Source: a virus | DNA: 64,000 nt | IMG/VR virus record: IMGVR_UViG_3300047476_001812 | Span: 15,925 to 79,924 of that record | Direction: 5' to 3' (one strand) | In this document: one piece after another, positions 48,421 to 57,688 of the stretch | Layout of the letters: the number at the start of each line of letters is the position of its first letter | How positions within the stretch are numbered: the first letter of the stretch is position 1 | Program-made: the position numbers and the translations under genes | The notes under the pieces: model-generated | Told to the model about the DNA's origin: nothing | Seen by the model: only the letters and a program-made list of their open reading frames with translations | Database searches by the model: none

Positions 48421-51400
48421 ATGGCTTTTATTGATGCAGATTTTCCCATTCTTTTAGGACAAGAACTGTATCGCCCTGATGCTAAATACATTATGAAATA
48501 CATTACTCGACCACGGGTAAAACATGATTTCATGAAGCAGCCGGGTGAATAGTCGCCCCGTAGAGTTGTGAAACTCTAATGAAAATTCCGTGAACTGCTG
48601 GAAACCTCTCACTCTTTTTTATCTGTCAAAAGAGAAGGCTTAAAACACTACAACGCAACTGGTAACAGTAATCGTGATAGTTTGAAAAGTTTTAAGTATC
48701 GGGCAATCAGCATCCAAGGGACTCCGGAAGGAGTTCAAGGTTCAACGACTAGGGTACGGAGTCTAGAACAGACGGTAAAACCCCAAGAGCGCGGAACTAC
48801 TGAACCTTGAAAACTAAATACTAAGCAATTAAGTGGAAGCTAAAAGTTTTCTGACTGTATATCTAGCGAGTTTTCTTTGCAAAACAATTGAAGGGTTACA
48901 ACCGTACATCCAGTCAAGACCTTTGATGCCATGAAAAGAAAGCCTGTAAATGCTTTTGTTAGGACGGACTGAACCGGTGGTTATACCATTTCTGTGTAGA
49001 CAATCAGCAACACTTTCCAGTAATTCTTTATTCCCTGAAAGCGTACTGCTGGTGTCATTCTTGGAAATAGTGCCGTCACCATCCCACATCCCCCTAAGCA
49101 GATGACATTCTAATTCAGAATCTATTTTTGGTAGAGAGACAATATTGATTTTAGGTGTTGACAATCCTAAATTTAAAAGGTCTTGGCAGAGAACAGTGGA
49201 GTTTAGATTTAAGTTAACGACATCATGCACTTGACAGCTGTTTTCTTGGGGTTTACTGATTAGCAATTCACCCTCAAAATCCATAGCTTCTGCTATTTCT
49301 CGAAGTATGTAAGAATCAGATTCAGTTAAGCTTATTCTTGCTCTGTGCAACTCTTTGGTAATGTGTCCATCTGTAATCATCAAACCAAGAGCATAGGCTT
49401 TAACCTCTGAATCTATGTTTTGAAAAAACCTTTCATTGAAAAAGATTTTACGGTTGCTGACATTAGGAACACCTTTTACCCCAACGGTTATTCCATGTTT
49501 TTCCGCAAAACTTTTAACACCCAGCTTTCTGCGATAATAACCGGCGTTGTTTTTACCAATTCCAAATTGTTCCCCTATTTGTAAATCGGTAAATTCATTT
49601 GTAAGGTTGTCAAAATCGGCAAAAGAAAGTTCTGTGATTTCCATGCTTAGTATTTGTGATTATTCAGTAGAAGATATAGTCTGTAAGTGCCAATGACAAA
49701 GGCATCACCGCTATCCAGGCGTTAGCCGTAATCTAATTATAAACCTAATTGGATTATATAGCAACCTATAGGACAACATTCAGTTAGACAGATACGCATT
49801 CTGGCAAACCCCTGAAGCTGGCTTCAATAAAGCTGCACGTCAACGGGGTGCTACTCAGGTAATTGGTGTAAACAACTCTCGGAATATCACCAAAGATAAA
49901 GTGATATTAACTCTCGAAGAGTATACTGGACCAGCCGACCCAACCAATCCTGAAAGTCCATCTACTTTCCAGATTCCTATCAAAGACATCATGACTGCCC
50001 AGCGCCAACTATGGCAATACGGGCAACGTGCGTTTCACGATAGTATTGGTAGTTCTAACCTTCTCCAGGACTTCCGTAAATGGGAAGACCGTCTATATAC
50101 CAACGAGTTATTGAAGACAACTTTTATTTACAATCCACGGGGTATTGCCGATGGTGCAACGGTCAACCTAACTCAAGCTGACTTTGGATTTAACGGACAG
50201 CCACCTCAATTTAATGTCAATGACTTAGAGACCGTAGTAGCAGATTTGTTTACCCGTAACTGCCCACAGTTTGAAGATGGTAACTATGTTTGCGCTTGTT
50301 CTGCTATCTTTATCAAACACTTGAGAAGTGATAGCAAGTTCCTAGAGATTACCCGATACTACGCTAGTAACCCCAGCTTAGTTCCGGCATCTGCCATGAC
50401 TAACGGTGCTGCTGGTAGTTTTGCTCCTCCCCAAATAAACTTCAATGCCGCTCCTTGGCAATCTGGTTTAACTGGTGGACAAGCAAACGATGTAATGGGT
50501 CAAGTAATGATGCCTAAAAATAATGTAGTTAGACTCACAAGAATTTCTTGCAAATCTAACTAAGCCTAGTGGGCATCTAAAACGGGATGAATTGCTGGAA
50601 ACCCGCCAAGCCAAGGGCAATCAGCAGCCAAGCCAAGAGAAATCCGTAGAAGTATCTTGGAAGGTTCAACGACTAATGGGTGAACAGGATAAGTAATAAG
50701 CCCAACACGAGCGTCCCGGCATCAGAACCTTGACAACCAAATACTTGCTTCATTTAACTTCCTGGGAATTGCTATTGTGCAGTTGGAGTAAAGCCACTCA
50801 ATTACGGGTTTAGCTTTATCAACGCCGTAACACCCAAAAGTGTAGAGAGGTTTTCCGTTATTGACCGACTCTTTTACTTTTGACGGATAGCCTAGACGAG
50901 ACTCCACAAGTTCTGCAAAACCATAGATTAAATCTTTAGTCGCTGACTGCAAGATAAAACGGTTTTTATCAAAACTTATATGCCCGTCTCCATCAAAAAA
51001 TCCTCTCAAGTAATGTCGGGTTAATTCAGTAGACAAGTTACGAACAAGTAAACGCTCTGATTTTCTCCCAAAACCCAAAGCCACCATTTGTTCAATTAAA
51101 TCTCTGCTGTATATTTCAAGTCTTTCAGTTGGAGATTTGCCTTCCCTGTGGATTTGTTTTATGTAACGGTCACATTCTGAAGCACCAGCAACAGACTTAC
51201 AGATTGTGTGCAAAACAATTGAGTCTGGGTGTTTTAGTTCAATCGTAAACTTTCTATGTTTTATGGTGTTACATATAGAACCATCTGCCGTCAAAAGTCC
51301 TAATGCGTAAGCCTTAATCTCGGAGTCAATACTTTGAAAATAAGTTCTATCAATCTGAAGCTTATCAAAGTATTCACCTTCACCTTGATTAAGAACCCTG

Positions 51401-51984
51401 CCAGATTTACGAGATATGCGCTTGCCAGTCTTTTCACTAAAAGACTTAATGCCAAGCTCTTTACGGGCTATGTGGACAGTAGAAACGGCACAGCCATACT
51501 GCTTGGCAATAGCAATATCCGACAACTCAGAAGTTAAATTATCGAGTGTTTGTTGGTCAAATAAAACGGTTCTTTGGAACTGCATAGGTTTTGATGTGTG
51601 ATATAGTCTGACCTCAATCAATGGAAAAGATTGAGAACTAGAAGGTAAACTACTTCTAGGATAACATAAGTGATGGGTTTTGTTTTTGACGGCGTAAGGT
51701 TCTTTGCCTCTAACAACTTACCTAAAGCACAGGTTACACTTAATTACACCAACTCTGTTAACACTACTAATGCACCTAATGGTAATGCAGTTAGAACTGG
51801 AGAACTGGGAATCTTCTATGGGGCTGAAGCTATTGGGGTTGGATTAGGTGGTAATGGACCAGAAATTCTACTTAATAACAACGACGATTTTCAACGTTTT
51901 GTGATAGCGATTTGGAGATTATATGGAAGCTGGGAATTACTAGACGCTAGATTTGTAACTACTTGCCGTTCTTTCACAAACTAA
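48421..51984 (+). CDS. major capsid protein, spliced: 48421-48546 + 49772-50515 + 51673-51984 (393 aa)
   Basis: Exons join in frame as ...HDFMKQPG|DNIQLDRY... and ...GQVMMP|MGFVFDGVRF...; HK97-fold-like motifs (YVCACS..FIKHLRSD, DGVRFF, DDFQR); follows portal and scaffold. Confidence 0.85.
48547..49771 (+). ncRNA. group I intron 1 in the capsid gene
   Basis: 5' splice after U with P1 GGGU/GCCC; P GAACTGCTGGAAA, Q AATCAGCA, R GTTCAACGACTA, S AAGATATAGTC; P3 TTCCGTG/CGCGGAA; P8 CTACTGAA/TTCAGTAG; terminal G at 49771. Confidence 0.92.
48829..49644 (-). CDS. LAGLIDADG homing endonuclease, antisense in the P8 loop of intron 1
   Basis: KAYALGLMITDGHI and HLLRGMWDGDGTI. Confidence 0.9.
   Translation of the reverse strand: MEITELSFADFDNLTNEFTDLQIGEQFGIGKNNAGYYRRKLGVKSFAEKHGITVGVKGVPNVSNRKIFFNERFFQNIDSEVKAYALGLMITDGHITKELHRARISLTESDSYILREIAEAMDFEGELLISKPQENSCQVHDVVNLNLNSTVLCQDLLNLGLSTPKINIVSLPKIDSELECHLLRGMWDGDGTISKNDTSSTLSGNKELLESVADCLHRNGITTGSVRPNKSIYRLSFHGIKGLDWMYGCNPSIVLQRKLARYTVRKLLAST
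50516..51672 (+). ncRNA. group I intron 2 in the capsid gene
   Basis: P1 AUGCCU/GGGCAU; P AATTGCTGGAAA, Q AATCAGCAG, R GTTCAACGACTA, S TGATATAGTC; P3 CGGGATG/CGTCCCG; terminal G at 51672. Confidence 0.92.
50722..51585 (-). CDS. LAGLIDADG homing endonuclease, antisense in the P8 loop of intron 2
   Basis: KAYALGLLTADGSI and HYLRGFFDGDGHI; ATG 51585 preferred over TTG 51621; related to the intron 1 enzyme. Confidence 0.9.
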   Translation of the reverse strand: MQFQRTVLFDQQTLDNLTSELSDIAIAKQYGCAVSTVHIARKELGIKSFSEKTGKRISRKSGRVLNQGEGEYFDKLQIDRTYFQSIDSEIKAYALGLLTADGSICNTIKHRKFTIELKHPDSIVLHTICKSVAGASECDRYIKQIHREGKSPTERLEIYSRDLIEQMVALGFGRKSERLLVRNLSTELTRHYLRGFFDGDGHISFDKNRFILQSATKDLIYGFAELVESRLGYPSKVKESVNNGKPLYTFGCYGVDKAKPVIEWLYSNCTIAIPRKLNEASIWLSRF

Positions 51985-52119
51985 TTTGGTAGGGGGATTG
52001 TCTTCCCCCATTAAATTGTTAAATATGACTCCAGACTTTTCCGTTTCTAATCAATATGATTAATTGATTAGAAACCCCAAAACCTTTCGGCTGGTGGTTT
52101 ACTGCTTTTAACCATTGAT

Positions 52120-52548
52120 TTATTCCTCAATAATTTCTTCTACAACAGGTGCTATGCCAAGGTTTAAATCTTCTTGTTCTGACTGAATATGAGACCCTGC
52201 CATAACAGTTACTCCCTCTACATGGCCAAAGACTTCCTCAAATGAGCAAATCCTACCTTTAGGAGCATTGGATAATTTAAGAACTTCACTTTCCTTTCTT
52301 CTAACAGGTCTACCTTTTTGACCCTTTTTAACTACTAACAATTCCCTATAACGGGGCTTTTTAGTAGAAGGTAATGTAATTGGCATATACCCTTTACATA
52401 AGCTGTGTTCTTTTTCGGGATTAAAAACTTCGTAACCACCCACAAAATAAGTTTTACCATCTCGGTTCATTAGAAGAATTACAGCTTCCCCAGGTTTCCA
52501 CCTTGGAGGAATGTAGTCTAAATCCAGTTCAGATTTTTTCTTAACCAT
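52120..52548 (-). CDS. hypothetical protein (antisense cassette)
   Basis: Motif C at 52577 and hairpin motif 52651-52672 upstream. Confidence 0.65.
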   Translation of the reverse strand: MVKKKSELDLDYIPPRWKPGEAVILLMNRDGKTYFVGGYEVFNPEKEHSLCKGYMPITLPSTKKPRYRELLVVKKGQKGRPVRRKESEVLKLSNAPKGRICSFEEVFGHVEGVTVMAGSHIQSEQEDLNLGIAPVVEEIIEE

Positions 52549-52696
52549 ATTTTGCAGACGCTTTGCTTACTGCTCCGTTTATTTTGCTAGGAAAACTAAG
52601 TTCCAACTATTAGTTTACCAGAGCAGTTTTGCTGTTATAGCTTTTAGCTTTCACCAACACCGGGGCAATCGCCCCTTTATTTGAGAGGATAGTTGA

Positions 52697-53281
52697 ATGG
52701 CTTTAAATATAATCAACACTTGTGACCGACAAAGTTCAGAGTCTTCTTTTACCGAAACTGTAGTAAGTAGAGGGATGTATTCTTATGGTTTCTGGAGAGG
52801 TTTTGCAACTCTTAAAGCTGGTGTAAGTTATGCCAGTGTTGATATTGTCCGCCCTTCCCAGCACCGTGGAACTCCCAATAACAACTCAATGTTGGTTTAT
52901 GCTAACTCTCGGATTACCGGAGTTCGTTTAATCAATCGTGGTGCTATTACTTTAGGTGCTGCTACCGGAAAAATTAAGTGCGCTCCTACCTTAACTAATG
53001 CAACTGCGGCATTGTATGTAGAATCTGCTGCTGCGGCTTCTAATATTCTTGCTGTACCTGCTGGTGCTGTAGAACAATTAAACTTTGATGCTGCTACAAC
53101 TGTTGGTTCTAGTAACGTTACTTATCGCCTATTTGCTACAGATGGTGGTGCTGGTGCTGCTGCTGCTGCATCTACAATGACAGTTTCTACAGACACCATT
53201 ATTGATGTAGAAATTGGTTTTATGATTGTCAACCCATTTGGTAGTCGTGAAGATTTTGGTTTCTTAGCACCTACAAACTAA
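52697..53281 (+). CDS. capsid decoration/minor structural protein (probable)
   Basis: Ala/Thr/Gly-rich beta-type protein right after the capsid gene; GAGG RBS; terminator at ~53290-53306. Confidence 0.6.
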   Translation: MALNIINTCDRQSSESSFTETVVSRGMYSYGFWRGFATLKAGVSYASVDIVRPSQHRGTPNNNSMLVYANSRITGVRLINRGAITLGAATGKIKCAPTLTNATAALYVESAAAASNILAVPAGAVEQLNFDAATTVGSSNVTYRLFATDGGAGAAAAASTMTVSTDTIIDVEIGFMIVNPFGSREDFGFLAPTN

Positions 53282-53438
53282 AAGTAAATGCCCCTATTAT
53301 TGGGGCTTAAATAAATTGGATTACGAGAAAAAGAAAATAGCGGAAGAGAGTATACAAGAAATAGTTAATAATATGAAGGTTTGATATGAAATATATCTAC
53401 AAAGGACAAGGTTAAATTATTTATCCACAAAATACTAT

Positions 53439-54035
53439 ATGCAAGCTATTGAATTATTGAATCAACATTTAGATGAAATCATCACTCTTGGGGGTAAGCA
53501 GTTTCCTAAAGAGAAAGTTGTGAGGGTGTGGAATAAACTTCATCCGCCAATTCCTGAAGGATACTTTTATGAAGGGCAAAGAGTAAAAGGCAAAATTTCG
53601 CCTTACGGAGAGGTTGATTTTCAGGTGTACTATCCCGAAGCCGGGTGGACTTTTGACTCTCCACCTGAACTCAGAATAAGTTCATCTTCTCCTCCGCCCA
53701 TACAAGAACTAATAAAAATGCAAAAAAGCTTTAAAAACTTGCTGGATAGTCCAGAAGGAAGGGTTGTTTATACAAACAATCCTACATCTTCTCACAGAGC
53801 CAGAGCTTACGAAAAAATAGGCTTTAGCCCTGTTCCTTACTCTTCAGAAGAAGAAGCTATGGAAATGGCAGAAAGGGGATTTTCAACCGCACAAATACTC
53901 GACAATAGAAGATTCCAGAATTTTCCTATTGTTAAAGAGATGTACGAAGTTATTCACCCTGCTGACGCTCATTTTAAACATCCTAGTTTGTTGTTTGGGG
54001 ATACTCAAATGATAGATGATGAGCCGCTTTGGTAG
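53439..54035 (+). CDS. hypothetical protein with GNAT-like C-terminal motif
   Basis: HRARAYEKIGF resembles GNAT motif B; weak. Confidence 0.45.
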   Translation: MQAIELLNQHLDEIITLGGKQFPKEKVVRVWNKLHPPIPEGYFYEGQRVKGKISPYGEVDFQVYYPEAGWTFDSPPELRISSSSPPPIQELIKMQKSFKNLLDSPEGRVVYTNNPTSSHRARAYEKIGFSPVPYSSEEEAMEMAERGFSTAQILDNRRFQNFPIVKEMYEVIHPADAHFKHPSLLFGDTQMIDDEPLW

Positions 54036-54297
54036 TGCTTATATTAAGGGTTTCTTTGTTACTTAGCTTGTTTTCATTTATCAGCTTACTTCCAGTAACA
54101 TCTAAATCTAAATAGTAAAGCTGATATTCCCAGCCATTTCCATCAAAACTTAATCCAATAATAAAACATTCCTCTCCCTGTTCAGTCCATACGGTTTGAC
54201 CTATGTTGAATAAAGGAATAGGAAATATAAAATCTAAGTCTGGTCTTTGTTGAATAGCTACGCAGTCGCTACAAACTCTCTTTATAGAATCTTTCAT
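53983..54297 (-). CDS. hypothetical SH3/KOW-like protein
   Basis: PLFNIGQTVW...IIGL...WEY; AGGAG RBS. Confidence 0.55.
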   Translation of the reverse strand: MKDSIKRVCSDCVAIQQRPDLDFIFPIPLFNIGQTVWTEQGEECFIIGLSFDGNGWEYQLYYLDLDVTGSKLINENKLSNKETLNISTTKAAHHLSFEYPQTTN

Positions 54298-54308
54298 GAA
54301 AAACTCCT

Positions 54309-54731
54309 ATGGCTAAATATATCTACAAAGGACAAGAAGTGCAATTAGTTCCTGGGCAACAATTCTCCCATGGTTGGTACATTTATTATAACCAACCCAC
54401 AGAAGATGGTGGCAATAAAAAAGTCCAGGTGTTAGCCACTCCACCGGGAGAACCGGGAGCTAACTTACGGATAGTTGATGACGATACTGTAATCACTTCA
54501 CTAGAAGGAGGTAAAAAAGATGAGGAAATACCTAACCCTGAAAGTGTGAATATCAACCAGGTTTCTTTTACGGAAATGCACAAGTCACTACCTGGGATTG
54601 GTAGAGCGGGAGCTAAGAAGATACTAGCTAACAAACCTTCATCTGGTTATCAAGACATAGAAGAACTTAAAGAACTAAACAGTGATTTGGCTATTAACTG
54701 GGATGAATTGAAAGAGGTGTTGGTATTTTAA
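54309..54731 (+). CDS. helix-hairpin-helix DNA-binding protein (ComEA-like)
   Basis: VNINQVS..EM..LPGIGRAGAKKIL..KP..GYQDIEEL. Confidence 0.85.
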   Translation: MAKYIYKGQEVQLVPGQQFSHGWYIYYNQPTEDGGNKKVQVLATPPGEPGANLRIVDDDTVITSLEGGKKDEEIPNPESVNINQVSFTEMHKSLPGIGRAGAKKILANKPSSGYQDIEELKELNSDLAINWDELKEVLVF

Positions 54732-54733
54732 TT

Positions 54734-55279
54734 ATGGAACAATCAGCTAATTACAAAACCAGTCCTCAAGTAGTCTTACCACAACCTCAAGAGGTAGATA
54801 AAGTTAGTATTACAATTCAAATCTATCACCAACTAATTGCTGACTCTACATTCCTTCAAGGTTGTTTTCTTTTGGCTCATTTAAATAATAGAGGAAGTGT
54901 TTTTTATCAAGACCACTTACTATTTGAAAGATGTGGCAATGCACTAGCAGAAATACTTTCAGTTGATGCTATAGCAGAATCAATAGGTGGTTTAGATTGT
55001 GATTGTCCTATTCAGGTTGGTTGCGTGTTTGCTGCCAACAACAGCCAATTCTCAAAGAAATATAAGCCATTCCCATTAGCATCTATGGAGGGTGCTGAGT
55101 TTGCTACTTGGTTATTGGAAGCTACCTTGGTGTTAAAAGATTACTGCTGTAAAGCTGGTAACTACTTATCTGAAATTGGTTGTGCTTGTGATGCTAATCA
55201 ACTACAAGAATATGAGAAACAGCTTAGAGATAAAATAATTTATTTATTGTCTAGCACTTTGCATAAGATGGGGATGTAA
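54734..55279 (+). CDS. Dps/ferritin-like protein (divergent)
   Basis: AHLNNRGSVFYQDHLLFE resembles Dps HWNxxGxxFxxxHxxFE. Confidence 0.55.
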   Translation: MEQSANYKTSPQVVLPQPQEVDKVSITIQIYHQLIADSTFLQGCFLLAHLNNRGSVFYQDHLLFERCGNALAEILSVDAIAESIGGLDCDCPIQVGCVFAANNSQFSKKYKPFPLASMEGAEFATWLLEATLVLKDYCCKAGNYLSEIGCACDANQLQEYEKQLRDKIIYLLSSTLHKMGM

Positions 55280-55282
55280 TAT

Positions 55283-55828
55283 ATGGTAGGTAGAGCAGCT
55301 AGAGTTATGATGCAAGACCCTGAAGGGTACGCAAGAAAGAATGTAGAGTTTTTTAACAAATTGCAAGATGCTGAATGGCAGGTTAAAAATCCTTTTCAAT
55401 ATAGAATGATTCAAGGGTCAGTCCCTTTAACAATTGGTTCTTTTGGACTGTCCACAGCAGCGCAATTTATGCCTGAAAATGAAACAATCCAAAATTTAAA
55501 TAATCTAAATACTTGGGTTGTTAATCCTATAATTGACTCAGGGGTTGAATACATTGTTAATAGAAATATATCTGGTATGAGTCCTATCAAAGCAGGTGCT
55601 TTAGCTGTAGGAAGCGGTGCTGGTATGTTGACGGGGCAATTAATTGGCAGTCAGCTATTCAAAGACGAAGAAGGCAATTCTAATCCTTTAGTCACTAGCA
55701 TTAGTGGGATGATTGGTGATGTAGCAGGAGATTTTGTTTCAGAAAAATTGTGGGAAAATAAAGCTTCAAGAGATTTTATTAAAAGAGCATCTATTAATTT
55801 AGCAAGGCATTTGGGGAGAATAATGTAG
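55283..55828 (+). CDS. glycine-rich probable virion protein
   Basis: GALAVGSGAGMLTG, GMIGDVAGD segments. Confidence 0.5.
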   Translation: MVGRAARVMMQDPEGYARKNVEFFNKLQDAEWQVKNPFQYRMIQGSVPLTIGSFGLSTAAQFMPENETIQNLNNLNTWVVNPIIDSGVEYIVNRNISGMSPIKAGALAVGSGAGMLTGQLIGSQLFKDEEGNSNPLVTSISGMIGDVAGDFVSEKLWENKASRDFIKRASINLARHLGRIM

Positions 55829-55831
55829 GTT

Positions 55832-56320
55832 ATGGTAGCTTTATCTTTTAATGACAAAGAAAGAGTCTATTTTCACCTTGGTATGGGTGCAAGAGTTGGT
55901 ATTGACGCAGGTGACTTAGCACAGGTAGAAGAAGCCTGTAATACTATTTTCTCCGAGTATATGAAAACAGAGGTGTTGTATCAGTTAGATATCTGTGATG
56001 ATGCCTATGATGCTATGAAAGCAACAAAGACTACGACAGTTAGATTTGGTACTAAAGAGTTCTATGCAGGAGACGTTAATAGAACAATTCTTAGAGAACA
56101 GATTAAAGACTTGAGATTATGGAAAGAGAACTACAGGGAAGAAACTAGAAATTTAGCTCAGATGCTTCACGTTCCTAACTACAACGAAGAAGGTTGGCAA
56201 CAACAAATGTTTAGCAGAACTGGAAGTGTTTACATTAATGCGTTGCCAGGTGTGGCTGACACTTCGGTGGCTAGTAGAAAAGTTGAATTTACTCAGTTAG
56301 CTGGTAGCTTTGGGTTTTAA
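55832..56320 (+). CDS. head-tail connector/adaptor-like protein (probable)
   Basis: Helical protein beginning ALSFNDKERVYFHLG, in the structural block. Confidence 0.5.
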   Translation: MVALSFNDKERVYFHLGMGARVGIDAGDLAQVEEACNTIFSEYMKTEVLYQLDICDDAYDAMKATKTTTVRFGTKEFYAGDVNRTILREQIKDLRLWKENYREETRNLAQMLHVPNYNEEGWQQQMFSRTGSVYINALPGVADTSVASRKVEFTQLAGSFGF

Positions 56321-56401
56321 TTCCAATCTAAACCACCATCACTAAGACGTTAGCCCTTCCTAGGAATTGTATCTACTAAGAACTTAAATAAAATAATATT
56401 T

Positions 56402-56833
56402 ATGGCCAACCCCAATGTACAGCCTATTTATCCAAAGAGCATTATTTACTGGAAAGCCAGACTATTAGCACAAGTAACTCCTAGAGCTATTACCACAGAA
56501 ACACCCGTCCTTTTAGGAACTGTAGGAGACAATGGATGTCTTATTCATGCAATTGATGTAAGACATCAAGGAGATAATGTAGCTACAGTAGCTAGGCTTT
56601 ACAGTAAGTTTGCAGATAATACCCAGTATTACCTTGAGAATGAACTTAGCCTGAGTGCTACAAGTAGTTCCAATAACACTACAGCAATTGCACCAGCTTC
56701 ATTTACTTTACCTGCAATTCTTCCTTCAGGCAATACAGGTATGCACTTAGAAGGTGGGGTAAGTTTGTATTGTAGTTTGGGAACAGCCGTAACTAGTGGA
56801 ATTATATTAACAGTGCGTGGAGGGGACTATTAA
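56402..56833 (+). CDS. structural beta-sandwich protein (tail-associated, probable)
   Basis: NPNVQPIYP...G.NG..I..I...GGDY pattern of small tail proteins. Confidence 0.55.
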   Translation: MANPNVQPIYPKSIIYWKARLLAQVTPRAITTETPVLLGTVGDNGCLIHAIDVRHQGDNVATVARLYSKFADNTQYYLENELSLSATSSSNNTTAIAPASFTLPAILPSGNTGMHLEGGVSLYCSLGTAVTSGIILTVRGGDY

Positions 56834-57633
56834 TGCCACCATCCATAAAAGCTTTGAGGTTAATCTCTCAACACATTGATGATATGTGGCGAGTAGCTAA
56901 AAACGTAGATGAAATAGCTTCATTTGCACCTTATGTTGTTGCTGCCGATAATGTTGTGCCATCAATATTGAAAGAGGGATTTAAACCAAAACTAGGGAAT
57001 AATACTCCAAATATTTGGATAAGAAATCGTAATGAGAAACTTGTAACTCCAGAATGGTCAAATACAAATACTCCTGTTTATGGTGCAGTTCTACCAGAAG
57101 AAAACCCAATGGCTTATGCCAGTAGCAATCTTTTGTTTTATGGTAAGAACTCCCGTTCTAAGTGGGGTGAAAACTCAAGCAATCCCGTATTGCTAAAACT
57201 TTATGATAGTGCGCTAGAAAGGTCTACTATATTTCCTGGGGATTTAATGGCTCACTATAGAACCCCAAATGAAAGAATAAGAGGATTTTCTTATGACGAC
57301 GTTTTGCCAGCAACACCAGAAAATATAAGACAACAATTCTCTAGGGTTTATCCATACCAGAAAGATGCAACCAACGTCAACAATCTCAAGCCTTACCTGG
57401 AAATGCAATACTGGGGGGACAAAGCACCAGATATTATTAAAGAAGTTCAATGGACTCAAGGTGGTAAACCGCCAGAGCAATTAATGGAAGCTGCCACAAA
57501 TAATTACAAGCCTTTGTCATGGCAAGAGTTAGACACTGAAAGATATAACAGAACAGGAGAAAGGTATTTTTATGAACAAAACAATTCTCAAGATATAAGC
57601 AATTTGGCAAGAAAACAATTTAGGAACTATTGA
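56833..57633 (+). CDS. DUF3626-like / ADP-ribosyltransferase-fold protein (tentative)
   Basis: SILKEGFK, PVYGAV, YG, RSTIFPGD, YLEMQYWG in the order recalled for DUF3626 (PxYGAL, RxT...DS, YIEAQxHG). Confidence 0.5.
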   Translation: MPPSIKALRLISQHIDDMWRVAKNVDEIASFAPYVVAADNVVPSILKEGFKPKLGNNTPNIWIRNRNEKLVTPEWSNTNTPVYGAVLPEENPMAYASSNLLFYGKNSRSKWGENSSNPVLLKLYDSALERSTIFPGDLMAHYRTPNERIRGFSYDDVLPATPENIRQQFSRVYPYQKDATNVNNLKPYLEMQYWGDKAPDIIKEVQWTQGGKPPEQLMEAATNNYKPLSWQELDTERYNRTGERYFYEQNNSQDISNLARKQFRNY

Positions 57634-57688
57634 TTATTACAAAACAAAATCATATAGACAACAAACAATTATTTGGAGGATTTTAATT

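Larger units (their letters stand above)
969..52587. promoter_or_regulatory. motif C, GCAAAATAAAC, just upstream of start codons on both strands
   Basis: Exact copies at 969(+), 7660(-), 19587(+), 20693(-), 20728(+), 32396(-), 33650(-), 52577(-); variants at 5932(-) and 40381(-). Confidence 0.75.

Noticed and set aside
49901-50563. ORFs 49901..50563 and 51670..51984 as independent genes
   Set aside because: They are exons 2 and 3 of the intron-split capsid gene; the KNNVVRLTRISCKSN tail is intron sequence
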